The notes under the pieces are model-generated. The model was not told where the DNA came from. It saw only the letters and a program-made list of their open reading frames with translations, and did not search any database. A program made the translations under genes and the position numbers. DNA of 64,000 nucleotides from positions 163,934 to 227,933 of the forward strand of contig NZ_JONM01000001.1 of the NCBI RefSeq assembly GCF_000711875.1, read 5' to 3'. This DNA comes from Andreprevotia chitinilytica DSM 18519. Its GTDB lineage: Bacteria; Pseudomonadota; Gammaproteobacteria; Burkholderiales; Chitinibacteraceae. Shown here piece by piece: positions 30,661 to 40,211 of the stretch (its first letter is position 1; each line of letters starts with the position of its first letter).

Positions 30661-31009
30661 CAGGGGCAGGGTTCTTGGTTGCGGTGCAGCAGAAATGCGC
30701 TTGTTCTGGCGGTGGGTGTGCGCCGCTGTCCCGCAGTGATTCACGGCTTCATATGGGCAAATACAAAATATTTGTGTTGCATCGCAACATAACCTATACC
30801 CCAGTTACGGCTCAGCAAGAGCCGGATAAACGTCGCCCTTGAGGCGAAGCGAGCGACCCGGGGATACACCCGGGCCCCTGGAAAAAGAAGGTACGGGTGT
30901 ACCGGATTGATCCAAGCACCGCACGCATTAGAAGCAGCCCGCACAAAGCATCGCCCGCTGATTTCGAGACGCGCAGTAGCCCGAAGGCGACGTCTGTTGG
31001 AGACAACAC

Positions 31010-32992
31010 ATGTCGAGTTATGCCTGGGCCATTTCTGCAGCTGTGGCCGTCTTGGTTGTGGTTTTGATCCGTATCTCCCGTGCCATCGTCTATGTGCCGA
31101 ACAACCGCATCGGCATCCGCGAAAAGTTATGGAGCACCGCCGGTTCGATCCAGTCCGGCCTGATTGCGCTCAAGGGCGAGGCGGGCTTTCAGCCTGAAGT
31201 GCTGCGCGGTGGGTTTCACTTCATGGTGCCGTTTCAGTTCGCCATCCACTTCGGCGATCTGGTCACGATTCCGCAAGGGCGGATTGGTTACGTGTTTGCG
31301 CGGGATGGCCTGGTGCTGGGCACATCGCAAACCTTGGGCGACAACAGCCGCGCCAACCAGTTTGAAGATGTGCGCGCCTTCCTCGCTGCCGGCGGCCAAA
31401 AAGGCCCGCAACGCAAGGTGCTGCGCGAGGGCGTGTATGCCATCAATCTGGCGCAATTCGTCGTCATCACGCCGGACAAGATTTTTGCGCACGGCCTGGG
31501 CCAGCATGACAACGCGGTGATCCAGTCCATGCATGAGCTGATCGCCAGCCGCGAGGGCTTCACACCGGTGGTGATCAATGGCTCCCGCGATTTGATGGGG
31601 GTGGTGACAGTGCATGACGGCCCGTCGCTGCCGGATGGCCAGATCATTGCCCCGACCGTGGGCGGCACCGATGTCCGCGCCGTGCTGTATCACAACAACT
31701 TTCAGGAACCGGAACGCTTCCTTGCCGCCGGTGGTTATCGCGGTCGCCAATTGCAGGTGCTGGTGGAGGGGACTTACTACCTGAACCGCCTGTTCGCGAC
31801 GGTGGAAGGCGTGCCAAAAACGGTGATCGAAGTCGGCTTCGTCGGCGTGGTGGTGTCGTACAACGGCACGCCGGGCCAGGATGTGTCCGGCGCGGATTAC
31901 CAGCATGGCGAGCTGGTCGCCACCGGGCAGCGCGGGGTATGGAGCGAGCCGCTGCTGCCGGGCAAATACGCCTTCAACACCTATGCCGGCCACATCATCA
32001 AGGTGCCGACCACCAACTTCATCCTGAAATGGGAAGCGGCCACCGCTGGCAGTCAGTTCGACCAGAACCTGAAGGAAGTTTCTCTGATCACCAAGGATGC
32101 GTTCGAGCCGAACCTGCCGCTGTCGGTGGTGGTGCACATTGACTACAAGAAAGCGCCGATGGTGGTGCAGCGCTTTGGCGATATCCAGAAGCTGGTAGAG
32201 CAGACGCTTGATCCGATGGTGAGTGCCTACTTCAAGAACATTGCGCAGACCAAGACGCTGATCGAGTTGCTGCAGCATCGCAGTGATATCCAGACCTTGG
32301 CTGCCAACGAAATGAAGGAGCGCTTTGGCCTCTACAACCTGGAGCTGCAAGAGGTGCTGATCGGCACGCCGAAATCGACGGCGGGCGACAACGAGATCGA
32401 AAACATCCTGACTCAGTTGCGCCTGCGCCAGATCGCGCTGGAGCAGATCGATACCTACAAGCGCCAGCAGGAATCGGCCCACACCGAGCGCGAATTGCGC
32501 GAGGCGGAAGCCAAGGCCAAGCAGCAGACCACGCTGACGCAGTCATCCATTGCCATCGAGATCGCGCAGAACGAGGGTAAAGCCGCCGCGATGAAGGCCG
32601 AGCAGAAAGCCAACGAAATCCGTGCGCTGGCCAAGGGCGACGCCGACCGCGTGACCATCGAGGCCGAAGCGCATGCACGCCAGATCAACTTGCTGGCCGA
32701 AGCCGACGCCAACCGGGTCGGCAAGGTGGGTAAGGCCACCGCCGAAGCCGCCCAGTTGCAAGTCGATGCCTACGGTGGCCCGGATTACCGTTTGGCGCAG
32801 GAACTCGGCCAGGCCTTTGCCAAGGCGATCCAGGAAGCCAAGTTGCCGATCGTGCCGCAGGTGAATGTGGGCGGGGAGGCCAATGCGTTGGGGCTGTTGC
32901 AGGCGTTGATGGGTTCGTCGTTGCGTGATGCGCTGAAAGGTTCGGTCGCGGCGCCGGAGTTGTTGACCAAGGGGGTTGAGACGATTTCTTGA
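31010..32992 (+). CDS. flotillin-like SPFH/band-7 domain protein
   Basis: ATG 31010; N-terminal TM, SPFH core, long Ala/Glu/Lys-rich coiled-coil (EAEAKAKQQ..AEQKANEIRALAKG). Confidence 0.75.
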   Translation: MSSYAWAISAAVAVLVVVLIRISRAIVYVPNNRIGIREKLWSTAGSIQSGLIALKGEAGFQPEVLRGGFHFMVPFQFAIHFGDLVTIPQGRIGYVFARDGLVLGTSQTLGDNSRANQFEDVRAFLAAGGQKGPQRKVLREGVYAINLAQFVVITPDKIFAHGLGQHDNAVIQSMHELIASREGFTPVVINGSRDLMGVVTVHDGPSLPDGQIIAPTVGGTDVRAVLYHNNFQEPERFLAAGGYRGRQLQVLVEGTYYLNRLFATVEGVPKTVIEVGFVGVVVSYNGTPGQDVSGADYQHGELVATGQRGVWSEPLLPGKYAFNTYAGHIIKVPTTNFILKWEAATAGSQFDQNLKEVSLITKDAFEPNLPLSVVVHIDYKKAPMVVQRFGDIQKLVEQTLDPMVSAYFKNIAQTKTLIELLQHRSDIQTLAANEMKERFGLYNLELQEVLIGTPKSTAGDNEIENILTQLRLRQIALEQIDTYKRQQESAHTERELREAEAKAKQQTTLTQSSIAIEIAQNEGKAAAMKAEQKANEIRALAKGDADRVTIEAEAHARQINLLAEADANRVGKVGKATAEAAQLQVDAYGGPDYRLAQELGQAFAKAIQEAKLPIVPQVNVGGEANALGLLQALMGSSLRDALKGSVAAPELLTKGVETIS

Positions 32993-33057
32993 TGAAGTAG
33001 CTTGTTGGATTGCAGTTCTACAAAGCCGCCTTCGGGCTAATGCCACTCGCTTAACGA

Positions 33058-33200
33058 CTCCCCTCGCCCACTTGTGGGAGAGGGGCCGGGGGTGAGGGTT
33101 GTGCCACGAGCAATGTCGTTGCAAGCACCCTCTCCCTAGCCCTTTCCCGCTGTCCCTGAATAAGGCTAAAGCCTTGCACGGGAGGGCGAGGGGACGATTT
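33058..33200. repeat. composite REP/MITE-like element (second copy of 8363..8500)
   Basis: near-identical order of sub-motifs. Confidence 0.6.
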
Positions 33201-33533
33201 CCTTAAGTGAGCGGCATTAGTCCAAAAGGCGGCTTTGTGTATTTTTCACCCGGATTCCAATCGGCTGAATTTGAGATTTCATTGATAAATGGTGAAGCCG
33301 TTTGGCGAAAACATTAAGTTAATGCTGATTGACCATGGGTGCGTATCTTTAAAAATCAGCGTTGCAAGGCGTAAACGATATCTTTTCTCGTGATTGGATT
33401 CGTGCTTTGGAATTCGTGCGGATTTTTCAATGCCATTTTGAGTGGGAATCTGATCTCCAATTCGGTGTATCTACTTCAGGCCGCGCTGTGTACGCGATTG
33501 ATCAAGCAACAACACCGAACAAGGAGAATCAAA

Positions 33534-34274
33534 TTGGATCATTCATCCGACGAGCCATCGCGCCGTCGCTTCCTCAAGGCATCGCTCAGCGTCGTACCGC
33601 TGGTGGCCCTTGGGGCATGCGGACGGCCACCGGAACAAGGCCAGGCAAGCGTGATCTCCGGCAGCGCTGGCGCCACATCAAGCAACACCGCTAGCAAGTA
33701 CATCCCCCAGTTTTTCACCGACCCCGAATGGCGCTTCATCAACGCCGCCTGTGATCGATTGATTCCTGCCGATGACGTCGGCCCCGGCGCAGTGGAATCC
33801 GGCGTGCCGGAATTCATCGATCGGCAAATGCTGGCCGCCTTTGGTCTGGCCGCCAATTGGTATATGCAAGGGCCGTATCTGCCGGCCTCGCCGCTATTTG
33901 GCTATCAAGGCAAACAACCCCCGCGTGAGGTCTATCGTGCCGGTATTGCGGCTACCGATGATTACTGCAAAAAACAATTCGGCGGAAAAATATTTACCGA
34001 GTTGAACCATTCGCAGCAAGAGCAGGTATTGACCGGGTTGGAAAAAGGCCAGATTCAATTCGATGCAACCAGCGCAACGGATTTCTTCGCTTTTCTGCTG
34101 CAAAACACCAAGGAAGGCTATCTGGCTGATCCGATTCACGGCGGCAACAAAAATATGGGGAGCTGGAAGATGATCGGCTTCCCCGGCGCACGCGCCGATT
34201 TCATCGATTGGGTGAGCCGGCACGGCGAGCAGTATCCGCTCGGCCCGGTCAGCATCAGCGGTCAGGCGGGGTAA
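33534..34274 (+). CDS. gluconate 2-dehydrogenase gamma-subunit family protein (Tat signal)
   Basis: TTG start 7 nt after AAGGAG; SRRRFLKASLSVVPLVALGACG Tat/lipobox-like; precedes GMC flavoprotein and cytochrome c. Confidence 0.55.
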   Translation: MDHSSDEPSRRRFLKASLSVVPLVALGACGRPPEQGQASVISGSAGATSSNTASKYIPQFFTDPEWRFINAACDRLIPADDVGPGAVESGVPEFIDRQMLAAFGLAANWYMQGPYLPASPLFGYQGKQPPREVYRAGIAATDDYCKKQFGGKIFTELNHSQQEQVLTGLEKGQIQFDATSATDFFAFLLQNTKEGYLADPIHGGNKNMGSWKMIGFPGARADFIDWVSRHGEQYPLGPVSISGQAG

Positions 34275-34279
34275 ACGAC

Positions 34280-36058
34280 ATGGCACATATCAAAAAGAAA
34301 CCCGTGGATGCGGTCATCATCGGCTTTGGCTGGACTGGCGCGATCATGGGCATGGAACTCACCGATGCCGGGCTGGATGTGGTGGCGCTGGAACGCGGCG
34401 AAAACCGCGATACCAATCCCGATTTCGCCTACCCGCGCATTGCCGACGAACTCACCTACGGCATGCGCTACAAGCTGTTCCAGAATCTGGCGACCGAGAC
34501 CGTCAGCGTGCGGCATGCAATTGGCGATACCGCTGTGCCATATCGCCAGCTTGGCTCCTTCCTGCCGGGCAACGGTGTTGGCGGCGCGGGCGTGCACTGG
34601 AATGGCGCGCACTGGCGCGTATTGCCAGAAGAGCTGCGTTTGCGCAGCCACGTGATCGAGCGCTACGGCAAATCCTTCATTCCATCCAATATGACGATCC
34701 AGGATTTCGGTGTCTCGTATGAAGAACTAGAGCCGTACTTTTCTTTCTTCGAGCGGGTGGCCGGGGTCTCGGGCAAGGCGGGCAATCTGAACGGCGAGAT
34801 CATGCTGAACAGTGGCGGCAATCCGCTGGAAGGCTTCCGTTCCACTGAATTCCCGCTGCCGCCGCTCGCGGATGTCTATGGCGCGAGCCTATTCGCCAAG
34901 GCAGCGACCGAGCTGGGCTATCACCCGTTCTCGATGCCTGCTGCCAATGCTTCACAGCCGTATACCAATCCCTACGGCGTGCAGATGGGCCCATGCAATT
35001 TCTGTGGCTTCTGCGAGCGTTTCGGTTGTTACAACTATTCCAAGGCATCGCCGCAAACGACCATCCTGCCAGTGCTGCTCAAGCGGCCGAATTTCGAGCT
35101 GCGGGCGCAATCGCAGGTGATGAAGATCAATCTGGCGAGTGATGGCAAACGCGCCACTGGCGTGACGTATATCGATGCACAGGGCAACACGGTGGAGCAA
35201 CCGGCTGATCTGGTCATTCTCTCCGCTTTCCAGATGCACAACGTGCGCATGCTGCTGCTGTCCGGCATCGGCAAGCCGTATGACCCGATCACCGGCAAAG
35301 GCGTGGTCGGCAAGAACTACGCGTACCAGATGATGGGCGGCGTATCGGCATTCTTTAACGAAGACGTGCCGATCAACCCGTTCATTGGCGCAGGCGGCGG
35401 CGGGCAGATCATCGACGATCTGAATGGCGACCACTTCGACCACGGCCCGCTCGGTTTCATCGGTGGCGCGTATGTGATGGTGAACCAGAGCGGCGGCCGG
35501 CCGATCCAGCAAATGAGCGTGCCGCCCGGTACGCCTGCATGGGGCGCAGGCTGGAAGCACGCGATCAAGAAACACTATGGCCACACGGTGAACATCGCCA
35601 CGCACGGCTCGGTGATGTCCTACCGCGATGCGTATTTCGACCTCGATCCGACCTACCGCGATGCCTACGGCCAGCCCTTGCTGCGCATGACCTTCGATTG
35701 GCACGACAACGATATCCGTATGAGCCAATACGTGACCGGCAAGACGGCCGATATCGCCCGGGCGATGAAGCCGGAGTCGATCGGCATCAATGTGAAAAAG
35801 CTCGGCGACCACTACGACGTGCGCCCGTACCAGACCACCCATACCGTGGGCGGTGCGATCATGGGCGAGCGGCCGGATAGCAGCGTGCTCAACAAGTATC
35901 TGCAGAGCTGGGATGTGCACAACGTGTTCGTGATGGGCGCGAGCGCCTTCCCGCAGAACATCGGCTACAACCCGACCGGGCTGGTCGGCGCGTTGGCGTA
36001 TTGGTCGGCAAACGCGATCCGCGAGCGCTATCTGAAAAACCCTGGGCCGTTGGTTTGA
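34280..36058 (+). CDS. GMC-family FAD flavoprotein dehydrogenase (gluconate 2-dehydrogenase alpha-subunit-like)
   Basis: ATG 34280; AVIIGFGWTGAIMGMEL FAD fold. Confidence 0.8.
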   Translation: MAHIKKKPVDAVIIGFGWTGAIMGMELTDAGLDVVALERGENRDTNPDFAYPRIADELTYGMRYKLFQNLATETVSVRHAIGDTAVPYRQLGSFLPGNGVGGAGVHWNGAHWRVLPEELRLRSHVIERYGKSFIPSNMTIQDFGVSYEELEPYFSFFERVAGVSGKAGNLNGEIMLNSGGNPLEGFRSTEFPLPPLADVYGASLFAKAATELGYHPFSMPAANASQPYTNPYGVQMGPCNFCGFCERFGCYNYSKASPQTTILPVLLKRPNFELRAQSQVMKINLASDGKRATGVTYIDAQGNTVEQPADLVILSAFQMHNVRMLLLSGIGKPYDPITGKGVVGKNYAYQMMGGVSAFFNEDVPINPFIGAGGGGQIIDDLNGDHFDHGPLGFIGGAYVMVNQSGGRPIQQMSVPPGTPAWGAGWKHAIKKHYGHTVNIATHGSVMSYRDAYFDLDPTYRDAYGQPLLRMTFDWHDNDIRMSQYVTGKTADIARAMKPESIGINVKKLGDHYDVRPYQTTHTVGGAIMGERPDSSVLNKYLQSWDVHNVFVMGASAFPQNIGYNPTGLVGALAYWSANAIRERYLKNPGPLV

Positions 36059-36071
36059 GGAGGACCGCGCG

Positions 36072-37460
36072 ATGAAAAAGCAATTATTGATCGCCAGCGG
36101 TCTGGTGCTGGTGGCGGCGACTGTGGTCGCGCTGAATGTCGAATCGGTCGAGGTGATGAAGCCGCAGCTCACCGAGGCGCTGGGGACTGAGGCCAAAGCC
36201 AAGGCAGCCGGCACGCCAGCCAAGATCGATCAAGCCTTGATCGAGAAGGGCGCATATGTGGCGAAGCTGGGCGATTGTGCCGCTTGCCATACTGCGCCGG
36301 GCGGCAAACCGCTGGCTGGTGGGCTGGGCATGGGCTCGCCATTTGGCACCATCTATTCGACCAACATCACGCCAGACCCGACCTTTGGCATCGGCAATTA
36401 CACGCTGGCGGATTTCAAACGCGCCATGCGGGAGGGCAAGGCCAAGGACGGGCACAACCTGTATCCGGCCATGCCATATCCGTCGTTCAGCAAGATCAAT
36501 GATGACGATATGGCGGCGTTGTATGCCTACATGATGCATGGCGTGGCCCCGGTGGCGGAGCAGCCGGCGCAGACCGCGCTGGGTTTCCCGTTCAACCAGC
36601 GCTGGGGGATTTCGCTGTGGAATACGGCGTTCCTGCCGTCTGGCGTTTACCGGCCGGACGACACGAAATCCGTCCGCTGGAATCGCGGTGCGTATCTGGT
36701 GCAGGGGCTGGAGCATTGCGGTTCGTGTCACACGCCACGCGGTATTGGCGCACAGGAAAAGTCCTACTCGGAAACGGACGGTAAGCATTTCCTGGGCGGC
36801 GCAGCGCTGGATGGCTGGTTCGCGCCGGCGCTGGTCGGCGAGCAGGGCAGCCTGCGCAGCTGGAGCGAGGCGGAAATCGTCGACTACCTGAAAACCGGCC
36901 GTTCCGAGCGGACGGCAGTGTTCGGCGCGATGGCGGATGTGGTGGCGCACAGCACGCAGCATCTGACCGACGAGGATCTGGGCGCGATGGCGGCGTACCT
37001 GAAATCGCAAACGCCAGCATCCAGGCCGGCGTATTCGGTGGCCGCACTGGCAGCCACGGCAGCCAGCAGCCCGGCGGCCAAGGCGTTGATGGCAGGGGAT
37101 ATCTCAGCCCGTGGCGCGCCGGAATATCTGGATAACTGCAGCGGCTGCCATCGCTCCAGCGGCAATGGTGCAGCCCGCACCTTCCCGCCCTTGGCCGGCA
37201 ATAGCGTGGTCAATACCCAAGACCCGACCTCACTGATCCATATCGTGTTGACAGGCAGCACAATGCCCGCAACGCAAAAAGCGCCGACGCCGCTCGCCAT
37301 GCCGGGGTTCGACTGGCGTCTGAGCGATCAGCAAGTGGCGGATGTGGTGACGTTCATTCGCGGCAGTTGGGGCAACAATGCCCCGGCAGTCTCGTCCAAG
37401 GAGGTTGCCAAGGTTCGCAAGGCGGTGAAGGCGAGTTCGCCGGCAGTGGCTGCCCGGTAA
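36072..37460 (+). CDS. tri-haem cytochrome c subunit of membrane-bound dehydrogenase
   Basis: three CxxCH: CAACH, CGSCH, CSGCH. Confidence 0.85.
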   Translation: MKKQLLIASGLVLVAATVVALNVESVEVMKPQLTEALGTEAKAKAAGTPAKIDQALIEKGAYVAKLGDCAACHTAPGGKPLAGGLGMGSPFGTIYSTNITPDPTFGIGNYTLADFKRAMREGKAKDGHNLYPAMPYPSFSKINDDDMAALYAYMMHGVAPVAEQPAQTALGFPFNQRWGISLWNTAFLPSGVYRPDDTKSVRWNRGAYLVQGLEHCGSCHTPRGIGAQEKSYSETDGKHFLGGAALDGWFAPALVGEQGSLRSWSEAEIVDYLKTGRSERTAVFGAMADVVAHSTQHLTDEDLGAMAAYLKSQTPASRPAYSVAALAATAASSPAAKALMAGDISARGAPEYLDNCSGCHRSSGNGAARTFPPLAGNSVVNTQDPTSLIHIVLTGSTMPATQKAPTPLAMPGFDWRLSDQQVADVVTFIRGSWGNNAPAVSSKEVAKVRKAVKASSPAVAAR

Positions 37461-37484
37461 TTCCGGTTCGCATGCTGTAAATGG

Positions 37485-37520
37485 AGAAGCCCCGGTGCAG
37501 TAATGCCGGGGCTTTTCCAT
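37485..37520. terminator. rho-independent terminator (bidirectional between convergent genes)
   Basis: gaagccccggtgcagtaatgccggggcttttcc. Confidence 0.7.
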
Positions 37521-37550
37521 GTCAATTCGGCTTAGTGCAAAATGCGCCAA

Positions 37551-38315
37551 TCATTGCATCTCTGCGGTAATGCCATAAGCAGATCTTAATTTGGCGATTT
37601 CACCGTTTTCATCCCGCAAAAAACGATTGAATTGGGCAATGACCTCGGGGTGTTTGGTGGTGGCCAAAGAAAACACGGTCGTTATATAAGGCGATGATTT
37701 GTCGAGAACTAAATGTTCTTGCGACGCGGGTTGGTGCTTCTGGAAATATTTGACGGCAAATGCATTGGTATAGATGCCATCCACCCGTTCGACCATGCTC
37801 ATCTGGAACAAGCTGGAAAAACTGTTGGTCGTGTAGACCGTCAACTGGCCCGATTCGATCAATGGCAGGTAGGGCGTCGGCGTGAAGCCGGCGATGGTGG
37901 CGATGTATTTGATGTTTCGCTTCCCCGGTTTGACGCGCTTTTCCGGGATGAAAAGCCCTTCTGTCAGCGTGATGACCGGGTCGCTATAGACGATGGTTTT
38001 GTTTTTCCTGGTGGCATCTTGCCATGCCGGGTTGTCGGGGAACTTGAAATCGTATTTCCCTTCCATATAAAACTCGGCAAACAGCCGGTTGACCGGTAGT
38101 GGCTGATATTTGAATGTGTGTTTGTAGCGTTTTCCAAACAAATCCAATAAGTCCCTGGCAAAGCCGTGATAGGCATTGGATTTGCTGCCATCGTAAAGCG
38201 GCATGTAATCCAGCGCTTCGACGGCGACGACGTAATCATTCGCGTATGCAGTCAATGGTGGCGATATCAGCCCGATGCAGAAGCAAATCATCCATTTGAA
38301 TCGGGTTTTATTCAT
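37551..38315 (-). CDS. periplasmic solute-binding protein (family 3 / amino-acid ABC-type), orphan, low GC
   Basis: ATG at 38315, signal peptide; gene GC clearly lower (~48-50%) than surroundings. Confidence 0.6.
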   Translation of the reverse strand: MNKTRFKWMICFCIGLISPPLTAYANDYVVAVEALDYMPLYDGSKSNAYHGFARDLLDLFGKRYKHTFKYQPLPVNRLFAEFYMEGKYDFKFPDNPAWQDATRKNKTIVYSDPVITLTEGLFIPEKRVKPGKRNIKYIATIAGFTPTPYLPLIESGQLTVYTTNSFSSLFQMSMVERVDGIYTNAFAVKYFQKHQPASQEHLVLDKSSPYITTVFSLATTKHPEVIAQFNRFLRDENGEIAKLRSAYGITAEMQ

Positions 38316-38538
38316 TGGTATGGACTTGGCAGCAGTTCATGAACGACTGATCCTGAAATTTGACGCGCATAGGAAACAATAGACTAGAATTCGCCGCTTA
38401 TCGGGGTACCGCTGACCATCGTTCGACTGAGTCTGAGTTTGCGAACGAGCATTGCGCTCAGCTGGCAGCCGGCTCAGCGACGCGCTGGCACCACGCGCTC
38501 GTGCATCAATAAATCAAATCTGTTTTTAAGGACACACC

Positions 38539-39297
38539 ATGCCATTCATCGGTCTTGGCCTGCATCTGCTCGTTGCTTTGTACTTTGCTGTTCACGCGGT
38601 TCGAACCGGACAGCAGATGTACTGGCTGCTGATTCTGTTTTCGTTCCCGCTGCTGGGCAGCATTGTTTATGGCTTCGCCATTTACCTGCCTAGCTCCCGC
38701 CTTGAGCATGGTGCGAAGAAAGTCGTCAAAGCGGCGACCAAGGTGCTCGACCCGACCCGCGAATTGCGTGAAGCACGTGCGGCGTTCGAATACACCCCGA
38801 CCGCGCAAAACCAGATGCGCCTTGCCGCTGCCATGCTGGATGCCGGCCTTGCCGAAGACGCCGCCACAAATTATGAAGCTTGCCTGAAAGGCCCGTTCGC
38901 TTCGGATCCGGATATCCGTTTTGGCGCGGCGCGGGCATTTGTGGAATGCAAACGCTATGAGCAGGCGATTTCGTACCTGCAAGTCATCCGCACAAACGAG
39001 CCGGGATATCGCGCGGAGCAAATCACGCTGCTGCTGGCCCGGGCCTTGAGTGGTGCTGGCCGCAATACCGAAGCGAAAGCCGAATTCGAGTCCGCCGTAC
39101 AGCGGTTCGGGAGTTTTGAAGCACGGGCGGAATATGCCATTTGGGCGGCGACTTCTGGCGAGTGGCAGGTGGCGGCGCAGTTGAAGGCCGAGATCGAGAA
39201 GTCCACCAAGCACTGGTCACGCCACAATCGCGAATTGAATGCATCGCTGTTGCGGCGGTTATCCGTAGCGTATGCGGCGACCGGAAAGAGTGCTTGA
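38539..39297 (+). CDS. membrane protein with TPR-like domain
   Basis: ATG 38539; two N-terminal TM helices then TPR-like helical repeats. Confidence 0.5.
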   Translation: MPFIGLGLHLLVALYFAVHAVRTGQQMYWLLILFSFPLLGSIVYGFAIYLPSSRLEHGAKKVVKAATKVLDPTRELREARAAFEYTPTAQNQMRLAAAMLDAGLAEDAATNYEACLKGPFASDPDIRFGAARAFVECKRYEQAISYLQVIRTNEPGYRAEQITLLLARALSGAGRNTEAKAEFESAVQRFGSFEARAEYAIWAATSGEWQVAAQLKAEIEKSTKHWSRHNRELNASLLRRLSVAYAATGKSA

Positions 39298-39328
39298 TGG
39301 ATCGGGGCTTGGGCGGTGTGGTCGCCGC

Positions 39329-39544
39329 TCAGCCCCCGCGAAACACATACAGGCCCGCACATAACGCCACACCAATCAGATACAGCATCCACGTTTCTGG
39401 CACGAAGTAGGGATAGACCATCAGCGCAATGCCGATGATCATCGTCTTCATTTGTTGCTGCTTCTTGCCGTAGCGAAACGCGATGAAGCCAATCAGGCTG
39501 AACAGGAAGCCGGCGAATAGAACGGCGGGGCTGGGGAGTTCCAT
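39329..39544 (-). CDS. small two-TM membrane protein
   Basis: ATG at 39544; 71 aa. Confidence 0.4.
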   Translation of the reverse strand: MELPSPAVLFAGFLFSLIGFIAFRYGKKQQQMKTMIIGIALMVYPYFVPETWMLYLIGVALCAGLYVFRGG

Positions 39545-39631
39545 GGGGCTTTAGGGAAAGTGGCTCACCAAGCCATTCTAATGACTTGCTCCACCGTGGC
39601 TATCGCGAACAAATTGAATGTTGCCAGCCAA

Positions 39632-40099
39632 TCAGCCTTTCTTCGGCGATACCCACATCGTCACCACGGCGCGAAAGACCACCTGATTGGCGGCATCGAG
39701 CACTTCTACCGGCACGGGCACATCGGTAGCAGCGCCAAAGGTCGGAACTGGCTCCAGCTTCGCCACGGCGCGCAAATTGGTTTCGGCCTTCTTCACATAC
39801 TCGACCTGCATGCCCTTGGGAATCCATCGGTGTGAGTTGGGCAGGGTGAAATCAACCATCGTACCGGCTGCCAGCTCCGCCATATTGCACATGGCAATCG
39901 CGTGCACGGTGCCGATGTGATTGAGCACGGCGCGGCGTTTGTTGATGCGCAATTCGCAATAGCCGGCGCGCAGCTCGACAAAACGCGGGTGAATGCTGGC
40001 GAAGTAAGGCGCTTTCAGGCACACCAGCTTGGAAAACAGCCATTTGCCGGCAGGTTTGGGGGCGAGTTTCTTCCAGATTGATTTGACGGCGCTGCTCAT
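39632..40099 (-). CDS. hotdog-fold thioesterase-like protein (DUF4442-like)
   Basis: ATG 40099; 155 aa. Confidence 0.5.
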   Translation of the reverse strand: MSSAVKSIWKKLAPKPAGKWLFSKLVCLKAPYFASIHPRFVELRAGYCELRINKRRAVLNHIGTVHAIAMCNMAELAAGTMVDFTLPNSHRWIPKGMQVEYVKKAETNLRAVAKLEPVPTFGAATDVPVPVEVLDAANQVVFRAVVTMWVSPKKG

Positions 40100-40211
40100 C
40101 GCTTTTTCTCCTCTTGGTGGTCAGCGCATCAAAGCAAGCACGTTGGCGAGCGTCAATTCGGCGTATTCAGCAATCCGGCCGTATCAAACATCATAAAAAC
40201 GCTCGACGCGC

